The notes under the pieces were generated by a model. The model had not been told where the DNA came from, ran no database searches, and saw only the letters and a list, made by a program, of their open reading frames with translations. A stretch of 63,414 bases of DNA, filler included, from Stramenopiles sp. TOSAG23-3 (Eukaryota): the NCBI GenBank assembly GCA_900128585.1. It is 11 parts of 11 records of this genome, joined end to end, with 100 filler letters (N's around TTAATTAATTAA, not from the genome) between each part and the next. Parts side by side here need not be neighbours in the genome. Positions count along the whole stretch, not along the records: positions 1 to 5,699 come from LT643453.1; positions 5,800 to 11,495 come from LT643454.1; positions 11,596 to 17,282 come from LT643455.1; 8 more parts are not named here. One strand, 5' to 3'. The translations under genes were made by a program, and so were the position numbers. This document shows, piece by piece, positions 1 to 11,634 of this stretch (the first letter of the stretch is position 1; each line of letters opens with the position of its first letter).

Positions 1-142
1 CGCAAAAACTTTAAATGTTGTACTTGTAACAATGTCCTATATAAATGCGTAGAGTGAAAATAAAAGAGAACTTTTTTTGTTTGGTTAGTTAAAATAATAA
101 GTTTTTTCGCCATTTTAGATGTTGTTATTCAATGTTATTTTG

Positions 143-187
143 TGACCGCACTTCCTCTTCCTAGGCGTAGTCTAGGAAGTGCGGTCA
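143..187. repeat. GC-rich inverted repeat/hairpin (14-bp perfect arms)
   Basis: TGACCGCACTTCCT (143-156) is the exact reverse complement of AGGAAGTGCGGTCA (174-187); CTTCCT is tandemly duplicated inside. Confidence 0.9.
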
Positions 188-998
188 AGAACTGTATAAT
201 ATATTTTATAGTAATAAATAAATAAATAAAATAAATAAATACAAAATGAAACCAAAAATTCTAAAAAAAGTACTGTATTAATAGATTAATATAATAGTAT
301 TAACATTAATAGTTAAACCGTACTATTGTAGTAGAGGAGAAAGGAGAAATAATAATTATTTTTTTATAGATTTCATCAGAAAATCGGAAAAATCAAAGGC
401 ACACCACACACCACATCACCACATCATTCATATTTTATTAATTTTAATATTTGGAATAAAACCTATAACCTATATAAACAAACTATAAATAAATAAAAAG
501 GAGGAAGAAGGAAGAAATAATAAAAGAGAAAAAAGAGGGGGAATATATAGGGAATATAAATTATTAGTATACTTTATACTACATACAATAATACAAAATT
601 CGGAAGAAAGAAAGAAGAAAGTGAACGAATGATTCTGCCCTTCGTTCTTCTTCATCATAGGAATATAATGGGAAAAAAAAAAAAAACTGTATTAATATTA
701 TAATATATACTACACAACATAGACTAAATAATACTCTAATAAAACATTTGACGTTGTTTTCATCAATCATGTTTTCTTTACTCTCTTGCTTCTTCCATTT
801 TTTTTCTTTTCGAATGACCACAGCTAACTTTCTTCCGTAGTTTCTTCCATTTAATAACCAGCGTTAACAAACAAAAGCGATAGCGATTTCCTCCTTTCTT
901 CCCTCCTCCGTACTTTCCACCATTGGCAAAACTCGATATTTTAATTCAACGTTGTAAGAAGTTTCAAGTTTGTCTGGTAGAAAGAAGAAGCAGGCAGC

Positions 999-3900
999 AT
1001 GACGGTGCGTATGAACACGGTTTTTCTTCTATTCCTGGCACTACTTCCTCCTCTTGCCGTGCGAGGATGGACAGCGCTTGGGGAGTGGGGTGATATACGA
1101 AACATTGTCGCCGCGTACGAAGAAAATTCCGACGATGATTCGTGGGAAATATTACTCAAATTTGAGGCCAGGGCGCATTCAAAACATCGTTGCACGGATT
1201 GCCAGACGCCACCGTGGCTGGCGCCATGGATTCGCCGCCCTCGCGTAATGTACGCCTTATCGAATAACGATCGACCAAAAAAACAGTGGACCTCCGATCA
1301 AACAGACTACTACTTTCACTCAGGCGCTGGTACCGACAATACGTGTCCAAAATACGAAGGGTTGGAAAAGGATTCCGTCGGGGTGTACACTCAATTTGAG
1401 CGGAAAAAAAACATTGCAAAGACCTACGTGGATGCGTTTAGAAACGACAATTATGGGACCGTTAAAATCTCCATGGCTGTGCAGAATATGCGTCAATTCA
1501 TTTACAACGATTATAGTGCTCGGGACTACGATGGCGGTTGCGGGTGCTGGCACAGTGATTACGTCAATCGATGGACCGACCAGAGGTACAACTACCAATG
1601 CAATACGGCGCCGAAGCAATATGCCATTCTTAACCCCCGATTTTATTGCGTAAAGAATGCCCCAAAGGAGAAATTAGACGGGAACTACGAGCTGTCAGCA
1701 GCAGAAAGGTTTACGTTTGATTCCAGTCATTTGAACAGGAAGTTTGTATACAAAAAGAAGAGCTGCCTCCAAGATGTGTTCGGGGAAGGAGGTGAGTGCA
1801 CTCTGAAGCACGAAGAAGTCTCCAACAACGCCAAAATTAGACTATCCCTGTTCGGCGGCGGTTCATCGCCAACACGGCATTATACCAAAAAATTTTCCCA
1901 CTCAAACGACTGGGAAAATTTTAAGATTGACGCGTCCTTGGCCACGCTTCCCGGCGTTGGCGTTATTAAAGGGCGGTGCGACGATCCAGTATTCAGTGCT
2001 GATTACCCAATCATAGAATCGTTCACTGGGACTGGCAATGGAAATAAACTTGAGCTAAAAATCAAGTGTCAAAATAGCGAATCCAAGGTGAAGTGGGTCC
2101 TGGTCATTGCAGCGTCTAACAACGAGCCTTCAAAGGAAGAAATAGAAAAAGGTCAAGCTAAAAACGGAGCTTCTGCAGTTGCCTCCGGATCGTCCATTCT
2201 TAACAACCCTCGTTCGGAATTCAACGTAATTGTCGGAGGACTGTTGGATTATACAGAGTACGACGTATTCTTTCTCTTGTTTCACCCTATTACAACCGAC
2301 CCAGTAGGCGACGTCAACAAGCAAACCAAACGGACGGGAGGTAAAGCATTCTGTAAACAAAAACCGTTGATTTTGAAAAGTGCCGCAACAACTAATCTTG
2401 AGCTTGTGAGCTGCCTTGCCGTTGCTGCCGATGAAAATTTTGACGGGTACTATTATCGAATCAGGGCCCGAAATAGTGAAGGATGGAGTGAGCTTTCCGG
2501 ACCAAATACACAAGGTTACCTTGTTTCTGCAGAGCCCCCAGACTCGCCAGTAATACTAGACCCAGATGTATTTGCATTCTCTATCACATTTCGATTCTTA
2601 AAAGTCTCATTTGCAAACTCCAACGGAGCGAGAGTCACGAATTACAAACTTGAACGATGCGAGGTAGACGACCCGGATTCGTGCGTATCTTATACTAGCA
2701 AAATTGACCACTTTAGTGACCTTGGAAATAAACTGCAGTACGTCGATACTGGTGGTGTTTCCTCGCCCGTATTAGGATTCACAAAGTACAACATTAAGGT
2801 TAGCGCTGAAAACCAGGCTGGTTGGGGGTTAGCTTCTTCCAAAACAGTTACGACAAAAAAAAATGCTCCCTCCAGTGTACAAGTATTCCAGGAAACACTG
2901 CTAACGAAAACAGAGACAAACGATTTTGACGGAACGGTGTATTGGAAAACGCCACAGTATTCAAATGGGTGGGCGGTAGAAGGTTACAAAATCAGGGTCG
3001 CGGACGTAAATGGCCTTGGGGGGGAATGCTCTCTCAATACAAAAGGGACATCGCACACGGTTGTTTCAGAGCAGTGGGTCAGTGTAGACGACCTGGAGCT
3101 TTTGACAAGTGACGATTTTGACTACAAGTACGTTGTGCGAGCATTGAAACCAAGCCGGACATATTGCATAGAACTTGCAGCCAAAAACCAATTGGGATTT
3201 TCCGGGTTCACGGCAACTTCTTCTGTTTCGGTGAGAACCGGCGCAGCGGCTCCTGAACCAGTCTGCAATGTAACAGACCTTCAATCGCTGTTATCAACTC
3301 GGCAGCGGCGCACGCAAATGAAGATTCGTTTTCAATCACCAAGGAATAACGATGCCGCCATTTCTAATTATAGTGTTTCCATACGCCAGCTCCACTCCTC
3401 GAAATTCGTGCAGCTTTACAATTATGGGATTGGGGAAAAACAATCTGTAATGTCTCACATCGTGTCGGCGCCCGAGATGCGAATAGAGGGTAGTACGACG
3501 TACGAATTTGATATACGGGCTACAAACAACGAGGGGACCTCTCTTTGCTGCGGTATTACCAACTGTTCTTACCAACAACTGACCACCGCACCAGCCGATG
3601 TACCTGACAAAATCGACGGCGTATTTCTTGGTGACGTCTGGGGGACCGGGTTCAACGTTTCTTTCAGAGTGCCGTATGATGGCGATGCTGCTATAGAGCA
3701 TTTCCAAGTTAACATAACTAATGCGGCTACGTGTGAAAAAGACTGTCTCCAGGTAGTCTTTCTGAACACGCAGGAAAAATTGCTCGTAGAAGGAAGAACA
3801 CTAAAACAAACAATAACTGGGCTAAGGGCCAATACACAATATAAGTATGTACTCTTTGGAAAAAATAAAATTGGGGTGTCTGTCAGCAGCGATGAATACA

Positions 3901-5449
3901 TCCATTTGGACGGCTGTTTGGGGGGAGACCACATTAAAGGAGGAATGCTGTCCCGTTGTGCGCCTGGGTACGAAGGCGTGTTATGCGCCCTTTGCTCAGA
4001 CGGTCGGTTCAAGAAGGGCTTCAAATGCGAAACGTGCGAGGCAAAATCAATTCTTCCTTTTATTATACTAATTTTTGGGTTTATTTTCTGTTGCACGGTG
4101 GCTGTAGTAATTTTTCGCATGTTTGTCCATTCGAAGCGAATGAGAAAGTATAACAAAATCTGGCGCGACGTCCAAAGACTCGTTAAGATTATGATAGCTT
4201 TTGCCCAAATATTGGAAGGAACGTCGACCGTGTATAGTGGTGTTGTATGGCCTACCATGTTTACACAGTTCTGGAGGGTGTTGAATATTGTTGGGCTAGA
4301 CTTTATCTCACTTTCCGGCATCTCCTGCGCTGCAAAAATAGACTTTTATATGTCATTTATCGGGCAAATGTGTGTTCCACTGTTTGTCATTTTTTACCTG
4401 TCCATTTTTTATGTCTTCAAAGCCTCCCATATACATGTGAAGGAACGTTTCCTGCTATCATCGGTCACAAACTGGGATGAAAATCGAAAAAGTAAGTATA
4501 ATTAAACGCCAGTCCAATTGCCCAACTTTCTCGACTAACAAACTCTTTTTTTTAGCTCCGAGCAATGTGTATTCGTTGGAGTTTTGAAATACTGTTTTTA
4601 ATACATACTCCAATCTCAAGAAAGTGGATGCAGTTCAGCGATTGCGTTAATATCGAAGGTGTGTTGTACTTAAAGGCCGACTTTTCGGTCCTTTGCTACG
4701 ACGACCGGTGGTGGTCGTTCTACATTGTATTCCTATTTGTAGGGGCAATTTATATAATTGGACTTCCTATCGGAGTATTCGTTTATTTGTACCGCCGAAG
4801 GCAGCGACTTGACCGTCCAGAAATCCTTGACTCGGTTGGCTGGATGTATACCCCCTACAAGAAAAACTGTTATTTTTGGGAAGTTGAAGAAATTTTTAGG
4901 AAGATGATACTGAGCGGGGGCTTGATAGTTCTGAGCGACTACCCGTCGTTGCAACTCTGTGCTGCGTTATCATGTTCCATATTTTTTCACCAGCTCCATG
5001 CATTGTACAAGCCACACGTGACACGAATGGGATATTTGCTTCAGCACGTTGCACTTACTGCTGTCGAGCTGGTTTATATGGTCGGAATGTTGTTATTGTT
5101 GAGAGAACCTGTTCCCGATGGGATCCTAGTCGGCGCGAGTGGGGGCACTGCGCTTATGGGATTAACGATGTTGAGCCTTGCACTATGGATAGCCTTTAAA
5201 AAATTTATGAAGTTGCGAGTGGAAGACCGGAAAGACGCGGAGCTCGAAGCACTACGAAGTGGCCCGCTGAGTCAGGTGATCTCTAAGAAAACAGCTGTCG
5301 AGAAATCAACTGCTTCAAACTCAGAGCAACCAGACGAGATAAGTGGCGGCAAGGCAGATGATGGCACAAAAGAAGAAGAAAAAAAGGCAGAAAAGGTTCA
5401 ACCGACAACAAAAGTTGTTCCGTCCAACAAAAAACTTTATATGCTATAA
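999..5449 (+). CDS. Large cell-surface protein: signal peptide, several fibronectin type III repeats, Cys-rich juxtamembrane module, multi-pass TM C-terminus; two exons (999-4491, ~4556/4563-5449)
   Basis: N-terminal hydrophobic leader; FN3 signatures (YYYRIRARNSEGWS, YNIKVSAENQAGWG, YCIELAAKNQLGFS, YEFDIRATNNEGTS); CAPGYEGVLCALC module; TM region continues in ORF 4565-5449 (YLKADFSVLCY, YFWEVEEIFRKMIL); GTAAGT donor at 4492, GACTAAC branch site at 4533, poly-T+AG. Confidence 0.8.
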
Positions 5450-5528
5450 TGTGTACAAAGTAAAAACACTGTCATAATATCTAATATCATATCTTCATAA
5501 ATAATAAAGAACAACATATTATTATTAA

Positions 5529-5668
5529 ATCTGAAAACGATAGTCAACACTAAGTGACAAGGGTGTATCGATTAGTAAAGCGAAAAGAACAAAAGATAAG
5601 TTCGCAGTACATGAAGGAATGTAAACCTCGAATGTCTAAAATTGAGTTCAGTTCGCTCGCAGTATATT
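5529..5668 (+). repeat. Dispersed repeat family, copy A
   Basis: 31-nt exact match (5599-5629) to the reverse complement of 10165-10195, with flanking similarity. Confidence 0.85.
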
Positions 5669-5699
5669 AAATACATACTATATTATTATACTACTACTA

Positions 5700-5799
5700 N
5701 NNNNNNNNNNNNNNNNNNNNNNNNNNNNNNNNNNNNNNNNNNNTTAATTAATTAANNNNNNNNNNNNNNNNNNNNNNNNNNNNNNNNNNNNNNNNNNNN
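5700..5799. other. Artificial contig linker
   Basis: N-run + TTAATTAATTAA (stops in all six frames) + N-run. Confidence 0.98.
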
Positions 5800-5963
5800 G
5801 AAGGTCCCCCGAGACCTCATGCTGAGGCCCGACGTCAGGCCGATCACTAGCGGTCCGGGCCATTGAGGTGAGGCGTAAAGGTGTAAAACAATTTTCAAAA
5901 TAAAACTTTAAAATCTCAAAAAATATGTCAAGTCTTTTTTCCTCTTCTCGGGAATTTATTTAG

Positions 5964-6166
5964 GGGCGTTGAAAGTGAATACTTCGTTGACAAAGATTGA
6001 TTTGAGCTGTAACAGCATTGGTGCTGAATGGGCAAAATATGCTGCAGAGGCGTTGAAAGTGAATACTTCGTTGACAGTGATTAATTTGGGATTAACAACA
6101 TTGGTGCTGAAGGGAACCATTCATTGGAAGAAGCGTGGAAACACAACAAATGGATTGACTGTGTAA
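5964..6166 (+). pseudogene. Ribonuclease-inhibitor/NLRC3-type leucine-rich repeat fragment, frameshifted (terminal exon or relic)
   Basis: ALKVNTSLTKIDLSCNSIGAEWAKYAAE 28-aa unit; 28-nt direct repeat at 5965 and 6049 (84-nt period); the second unit's NNIGAEG lies in another frame; preceded by a pyrimidine tract and AG. Confidence 0.7.
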
Positions 6167-6419
6167 AAAAAAAAACTAATTCCGTTTATCTAAATTATAC
6201 ACTTACTATATATTTTGGTTTTCTAAATTATACACTCATTAGTTTTTTCTAAATTATAACAGCCAATAATTTTCTTGTTTTTATACACTAAAATATAATT
6301 TGTTTTTTCAATAGTGCATAAACTTAAGTTAAACTTATCAGAAGATACTGGAGACATCATATCTTAATTTATGGATTAAACACTTAAAACTTACTCGTAG
6401 ATCAAAACAATGGGCCATT

Positions 6420-7223
6420 TTAGGCCCACTGCTTTTGTGGGGAGTACTGTGCAAACCATGACCGAATCATGTACGCCTGCCCGGTCGACACGACGAGCAA
6501 GACGGCAGTTTCCAGCAGGGTCAAGTACATAACGCGGGCGTTGTTGCTCTCTGCAGTGTTCCGGTTTTGTTCCTCCCGGTAGTGCATGTAATTGGCTTCG
6601 GTTTCGATGTTGCTCAAAAGCTCTTCCAGGTTGCTCAATGACCCTTTGATGGGGACCGTATCCGCAACCTCCGCCGGGCGTTTCTTCTTGTCCACCAGGC
6701 CGGATTTTTCGGACTTTTTGGGCGTGCTTCCCTGGTGGGCTTTCTCCGCACTTTCCCGAAAGTGAAGTTCGAACGCGACTACTTTGTCGCCCTTGCTGAG
6801 GGACGTGGTGACGTCCAAGCGGTGCTCTGGCACGGCATGCACGTCCAACCCCGAAGTCGGTGGCCTCGGGCGGTTGTCAAAGCAAAAGCTGTATTCTCCC
6901 CCCTGTTCCGTGATGAAGTCCAAGTGCTGCATCTCTGGAATGTCCCTGAAAGTCTTCACGTGGACCGTCTTTGGGGACTCCGCGCGAACTTGGTGCATGT
7001 CGTACGTGTGCTGCACCACTAAACGAATATCTAGTCGCCCGCCGTCCACAACAATAGCGGTTGCCCGGACGGGGACACGCTCTTCCAACACTTCGTAGAA
7101 GCAGTCGACAGCCCCACTCTTCACGACTTCGTTGAACCAGTGTGACTGGCCATCGCATGACTTGGCGACGGTGACCAATATGATAAGCGCCAACGCAAAA
7201 CACGGATAGGTGGAAACGGACAT
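6420..7223 (-). CDS. p24/emp24/gp25L GOLD-domain cargo receptor (TMED family)
   Basis: Signal peptide, DCFYE, GEYSFCFDN, YMHYREEQNRNTAESNNARV, C-terminal TM and YMIRSWF tail. Confidence 0.93.
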   Translation of the reverse strand: MSVSTYPCFALALIILVTVAKSCDGQSHWFNEVVKSGAVDCFYEVLEERVPVRATAIVVDGGRLDIRLVVQHTYDMHQVRAESPKTVHVKTFRDIPEMQHLDFITEQGGEYSFCFDNRPRPPTSGLDVHAVPEHRLDVTTSLSKGDKVVAFELHFRESAEKAHQGSTPKKSEKSGLVDKKKRPAEVADTVPIKGSLSNLEELLSNIETEANYMHYREEQNRNTAESNNARVMYLTLLETAVLLVVSTGQAYMIRSWFAQYSPQKQWA

Positions 7224-8524
7224 GGTGTGGTAGGTAGAGGCTGGTTTGGCAATAACAATTACGTTTCAAAATTGAAACGAGACGAGAGAATAATTAAACC
7301 AATATCTTCCGTTCATACATCTTTTTCCTTCTATCCGTCAGCCACTGGTAACAAATAATCGAATCATAGATTATTATTTGGTGGTTAGTTGTTATTAATT
7401 ATGTAGTCTCGTCTACTATATTTTTTATTTTTGTTGTTGTTGTTCTTGTTCGTTGTAATACAGTAATAATAATTAAAAAATTATTATAATATTATTTATT
7501 TTAATTATTATTAATAATGTTTTTTAGTTGGAGGACGTCGTGACGTCGTATATTAGTCGTTCTAATATTGAGGAGGAGGGAGGGGAGAACAGAGAAGTAG
7601 TAGTTCAAAAGTCAATGGTGGTGCGACGGTGTTTATTTATTATTTGGTATTTAGACTATGTGTATTTAGGCTTATATTCAAATAGTCGTCTAGTAGTAGT
7701 ATATATGTGACGATATAATAGTACCAGAATTCTCAATTTCTCCACAAAGAAAAGGGTCCCCCCTCCCTACTGTGCTATGTTATAGTAGTAGATAAAATAT
7801 GTGTACAGTTCTATTTATATTTAATGGCGCTCCTGCTGTTCACTTATTAAAATAATTAAAAATTATTATTATTCGTCTCTTGGCATAATTTATTTTTCTA
7901 TTTTCCTCTTCTCATTATACAGTATTATTATTTTTTAAATAAAAGTAAATAATACATTAGTCGTCTAATTACACAGCATTAAAATATTTACATTTTTCTT
8001 CTTCTGTCGATATTTTTGCTACTGTATTATAGCTAATTATTACGTCATACATTTTAATAGAGAAGACAGCATTGTGAGGAGAAGAGAGATAATTATTTAT
8101 TTTATCATAGTGTATAGTAGTGTATAGTGTATAGCTAATAGAGAGAAGAAGAAGATCATTAATTTATAAGAAGAAGATAATAAAATTTAAGAAGGAGAAG
8201 AAGAAGAAGAGAAAAAGAAGGACGACGACGACGACCCGCCGCGACCGTTAGGAGGTGTATTAATTATTTATAAGTAGTAATAATAATTATAATAATAACA
8301 ACAACGTATTGGTATTATAATAAATGGGTAACTTATATACTTTATGTTTACATTTTATTCAAGGATTGAGTTCGTTTATGTTACCGCTACATTGTTCTAT
8401 TTTCTAGACGGGTGTGGTCAGTACTCATTACTAGGATATATATATGTATATATAATACCATACGCGGTACGGTTAATTCAACCAATACTTTGGAACGTTA
8501 GAGGCCGCCGCGGGTCCTATAAGA

Positions 8525-10039
8525 ATGGCAACCAACGCAAAGGGGTTGAGGAGGGTCAGCTTCTCAGCCGTGTTTGAGAAATTCAAGCTAGTGTGTGAGC
8601 GAAAATGGGACATGGACAAGGTGTTGAAGGACCGGCATTTAATACATCCAAACGGAAGGGGGGCGCAGAAAGAAGTGTCCCCGGCGAAGTTATGCCAAGT
8701 TTTCGGTCAACTGGATATTTCAAACGTAAACACACGGCCTGCGTTCACGTCAGAAACGTCGGACTCGGAAAACGTTTCCCCAATCATCGTCAAGCGAGAG
8801 AATGTGGCCAGGCGCAGGGTGTTTATAGATGACGACGATGATGACGACGAGGAGGAGGAGGTTGGGGCTTTCCAGGAGGGGGGCATGGAACGCTTTCGAT
8901 TCAGGACGGCCACTTCCCTTATGGTGGTGGATGATGACGACGAGGACGAAGACTTTCAAAACATGTTAAAAAATCGTGGCGTTGTGGTAGCTAATGTAAA
9001 GCACCGGTTCCAACGGTTTCTCGAAGACGACGATGAAGAGGAAGGTAAGGATGCGGGCGGAGGCCACGCCAGCGAGCCGGAAGATAATGCAAATACACCG
9101 AAGAAAGCGTTCGTTTTTGAAGGTGACGACGATGGGGAGGACCTGTTCACTGAGCGCCCCTTATGCGTCTACGACGAGGACGATGACGATTGTTTGTCGG
9201 ACGACCGGCATAACGAACCAGGAAAAAAGGTCATCGTCCTGAGCGATTCGGAGGACGAAGACAGGGACACGGATATGTTCATGCCCTTACGGGACCGCCT
9301 GAAGCGACAGCCGGCCACCATGAAAAGTTTGTCTGCCGTTGCAAGCCCGAAGAAACAGTGCACGCCTGCGAAATGGAAGAAAGCGAGGGTACGGCACGCG
9401 CGAGAACTCTTTGAAGAGTACAACCATACAGTGTTTCAAGGAAAGTTGCCGGCGGATATGAGCATTGAATGGAGCAAACGGCTCAACAAGACGGCGGGGC
9501 TGACGTACACCCAATATGGGGATGGCGACCGTAAACACATTGCGAGGATCGAACTGTCGAGCAAAGTGTTGACGGACATGCAACGGACGAGGGCCACGTT
9601 GCTCCACGAAATGTGTCACGCGGCTTGCTGGATTATCGACGGTGTTCGGAAACCGCCACACGGAAAAGCGTTCAAGAAGTGGGCCTCTCATGCCACGAAC
9701 AAATACCCCGACGACGCCGTTACGACATGCCACAACTACAAGATTCACTACAAATTTCAATGGGAGTGTGCCAGCGCGGAATGTGATTGGAAGTGTGGCC
9801 GCCACTCCAAGTCGGTTTCCGAGGAAAGGCACAGGTGCGGGAGGTGCGGCGCGAAGATTGTGTTTTTGGGAAAGTTCGACAGCAATGGGGACCCTGTGAA
9901 GGCTCGCCCGGAGACCGCATATTCGGCATTCAAAAAGAACATGACAAAGTATGTCAAAGCGGAAAACCCAGAGTATAGTTTCGGCGATGTTCAGCGCCGC
10001 CTAGCGGCGCTGTGGAAAGAACAGAAGGCGAAGGGTTAG
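8525..10039 (+). CDS. SprT-like metalloprotease, GCNA/ACRC type: acidic disordered N-terminus, zinc ribbon, C-terminal HMG box
   Basis: IEWSKRLNKTAG, LLHEMCHAA (HExxH), PHGKAFKKWA, CGRHSKS..CGRCG, AYSAFKK..VKAENPEYSFGDVQRRLAALW. Confidence 0.92.
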   Translation: MATNAKGLRRVSFSAVFEKFKLVCERKWDMDKVLKDRHLIHPNGRGAQKEVSPAKLCQVFGQLDISNVNTRPAFTSETSDSENVSPIIVKRENVARRRVFIDDDDDDDEEEEVGAFQEGGMERFRFRTATSLMVVDDDDEDEDFQNMLKNRGVVVANVKHRFQRFLEDDDEEEGKDAGGGHASEPEDNANTPKKAFVFEGDDDGEDLFTERPLCVYDEDDDDCLSDDRHNEPGKKVIVLSDSEDEDRDTDMFMPLRDRLKRQPATMKSLSAVASPKKQCTPAKWKKARVRHARELFEEYNHTVFQGKLPADMSIEWSKRLNKTAGLTYTQYGDGDRKHIARIELSSKVLTDMQRTRATLLHEMCHAACWIIDGVRKPPHGKAFKKWASHATNKYPDDAVTTCHNYKIHYKFQWECASAECDWKCGRHSKSVSEERHRCGRCGAKIVFLGKFDSNGDPVKARPETAYSAFKKNMTKYVKAENPEYSFGDVQRRLAALWKEQKAKG

Positions 10040-10058
10040 GATCATAAAGCGTAAGCAT

Positions 10059-10398
10059 AAAAAACAAAAATATTGGCTGTTATTTCTTCCTGAAAAACAA
10101 ATTATATCTTTTTTTTTCTTCCTGATATACCGCAAAAATGAATTTGCCCAGCTTTTGTCCATTAGAGGTTTACATTCCTTCATGTACTGCGAACTGATCT
10201 CTACTGTTGTGATTTTGGTAATCAATATACCCTTGTCGCTTAGTCTTGACTTTCGTGCTCAGATGTACTCCATGCGTGGTCCGTATCGGTAGGTGGATTT
10301 GCGTCAATGGCAAAAGATCCGCAGTCAACTTCCTCGTCCGATGGCTCACTCATAAATGAATCAGTCCTTGTGTGGTTTTCCAAGCAGCAAGAAAGCAT
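10059..10398 (-). repeat. Dispersed repeat family, copy B (longest; contains a 52-aa ORF at 10240-10398 and a second frame of residual coding sequence)
   Basis: Segments match 5529-5668, 28648-28758, 42940-43049 and 6256-6284. Confidence 0.85.
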
Positions 10399-10536
10399 AT
10401 TAAAGTAAATTTGACAGACGATGGTATAAGAAATTACAGATTATTTTTTTTTTTTTAAATATATATTGTATGTCAGATTATTTTAATATTTTGTGGACAG
10501 CTATAGAATATATTTTTTTTTATGTGGACTACGAAG

Positions 10537-11064
10537 CTAAGAACTCATCTCTAACCCCAAGACGTCCCTGGTTCCATGGCATATTAGCTGAAGTTTCTTC
10601 AGGGGGGGAGAGTTTTGAAACACCAGCAACGGGTCCTTTCTGTTGGACAGCAAAAATGCCATGTAGTATATAACCTTGCACCGGGTGATCCCTTCGTTAA
10701 TAATTGCATCGTCTACGGAGTGCATGTCTACGAATTCATACGATCGTCGACCACTGAAAAACACTCTTTCGATTTGAACACCTAGCTTCTGGGTGACGAG
10801 CAGGGACTCCTCCGCGACTCGCCCGCCAATGCTAGAGCGCAGGTACAGGCACACTGCGGTGACCCAAAAGGGATGGTACCACATGGTATTTTTGTACTTG
10901 AACGCATACCCTATCGCCACCAATGATATCATTGCAACTATGCCCAACAAGTGCCTAAGAAAACGGTGTTTTCGAACATACGTTTCATTTTTTGATAATC
11001 TGTACAAACGGCAACGAACGTCAGACCCGTGCCCCGCATTCTCTACTGTGAGCTCAAGGTCCAT
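10537..11064 (-). CDS. PIGH: GPI-GlcNAc transferase subunit H
   Basis: Two TM helices then EESLLVTQKLGVQI..F..IINEGI..VIYYMAF..LVFQN motif; ATG at 11064 preferred to the TTG at 11079. Confidence 0.88.
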   Translation of the reverse strand: MDLELTVENAGHGSDVRCRLYRLSKNETYVRKHRFLRHLLGIVAMISLVAIGYAFKYKNTMWYHPFWVTAVCLYLRSSIGGRVAEESLLVTQKLGVQIERVFFSGRRSYEFVDMHSVDDAIINEGITRCKVIYYMAFLLSNRKDPLLVFQNSPPLKKLQLICHGTRDVLGLEMSS

Positions 11065-11495
11065 CTCCCACAGAGCCAAACGGGGGCGGTGGGTAGAAAG
11101 GGGACGAAGACGATATGTTTTTTTTACGTTTTTTTAAACTTGTGTCCCATTACAAAATTCTGTGCAGTGCCCATCAAAACTCTGCTCAACGATTATGTAC
11201 CGATAAATAAAAGTAGAGATAGGAAATAATGATAATTATAATATGGATCCAACCAACACAACCGACCATCAAAAGCACATAATAAATAAGCTCTCCTCCT
11301 CGTCCTCTTTTTTAAATATAAATAATTAATTATTACAGTATTTATTATTATTATTATTTATATTATTACAAAAAAAAATGGAGGATGATTTGATGATGAT
11401 GAGCCTTATTATATTTTTATTATTCAGGCGACAACCCTTGATCTAAGTGTTTTAAGGGAATGATAAATACTTTTAATTAACCTAGTATTAACACT

Positions 11496-11595
11496 NNNNN
11501 NNNNNNNNNNNNNNNNNNNNNNNNNNNNNNNNNNNNNNNTTAATTAATTAANNNNNNNNNNNNNNNNNNNNNNNNNNNNNNNNNNNNNNNNNNNN
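11496..11595. other. Artificial contig linker
   Basis: N44-TTAATTAATTAA-N44. Confidence 0.98.
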
Positions 11596-11634
11596 GTCCC
11601 ATCCGGAGGTACTGCAAACCGCAAAAACTCTGCT

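Noticed and set aside
5965-6076. 28-nt direct repeats suggesting a CRISPR array
   Set aside because: Only two copies at an 84-nt period encoding LRR units; eukaryotic context with no cas genes
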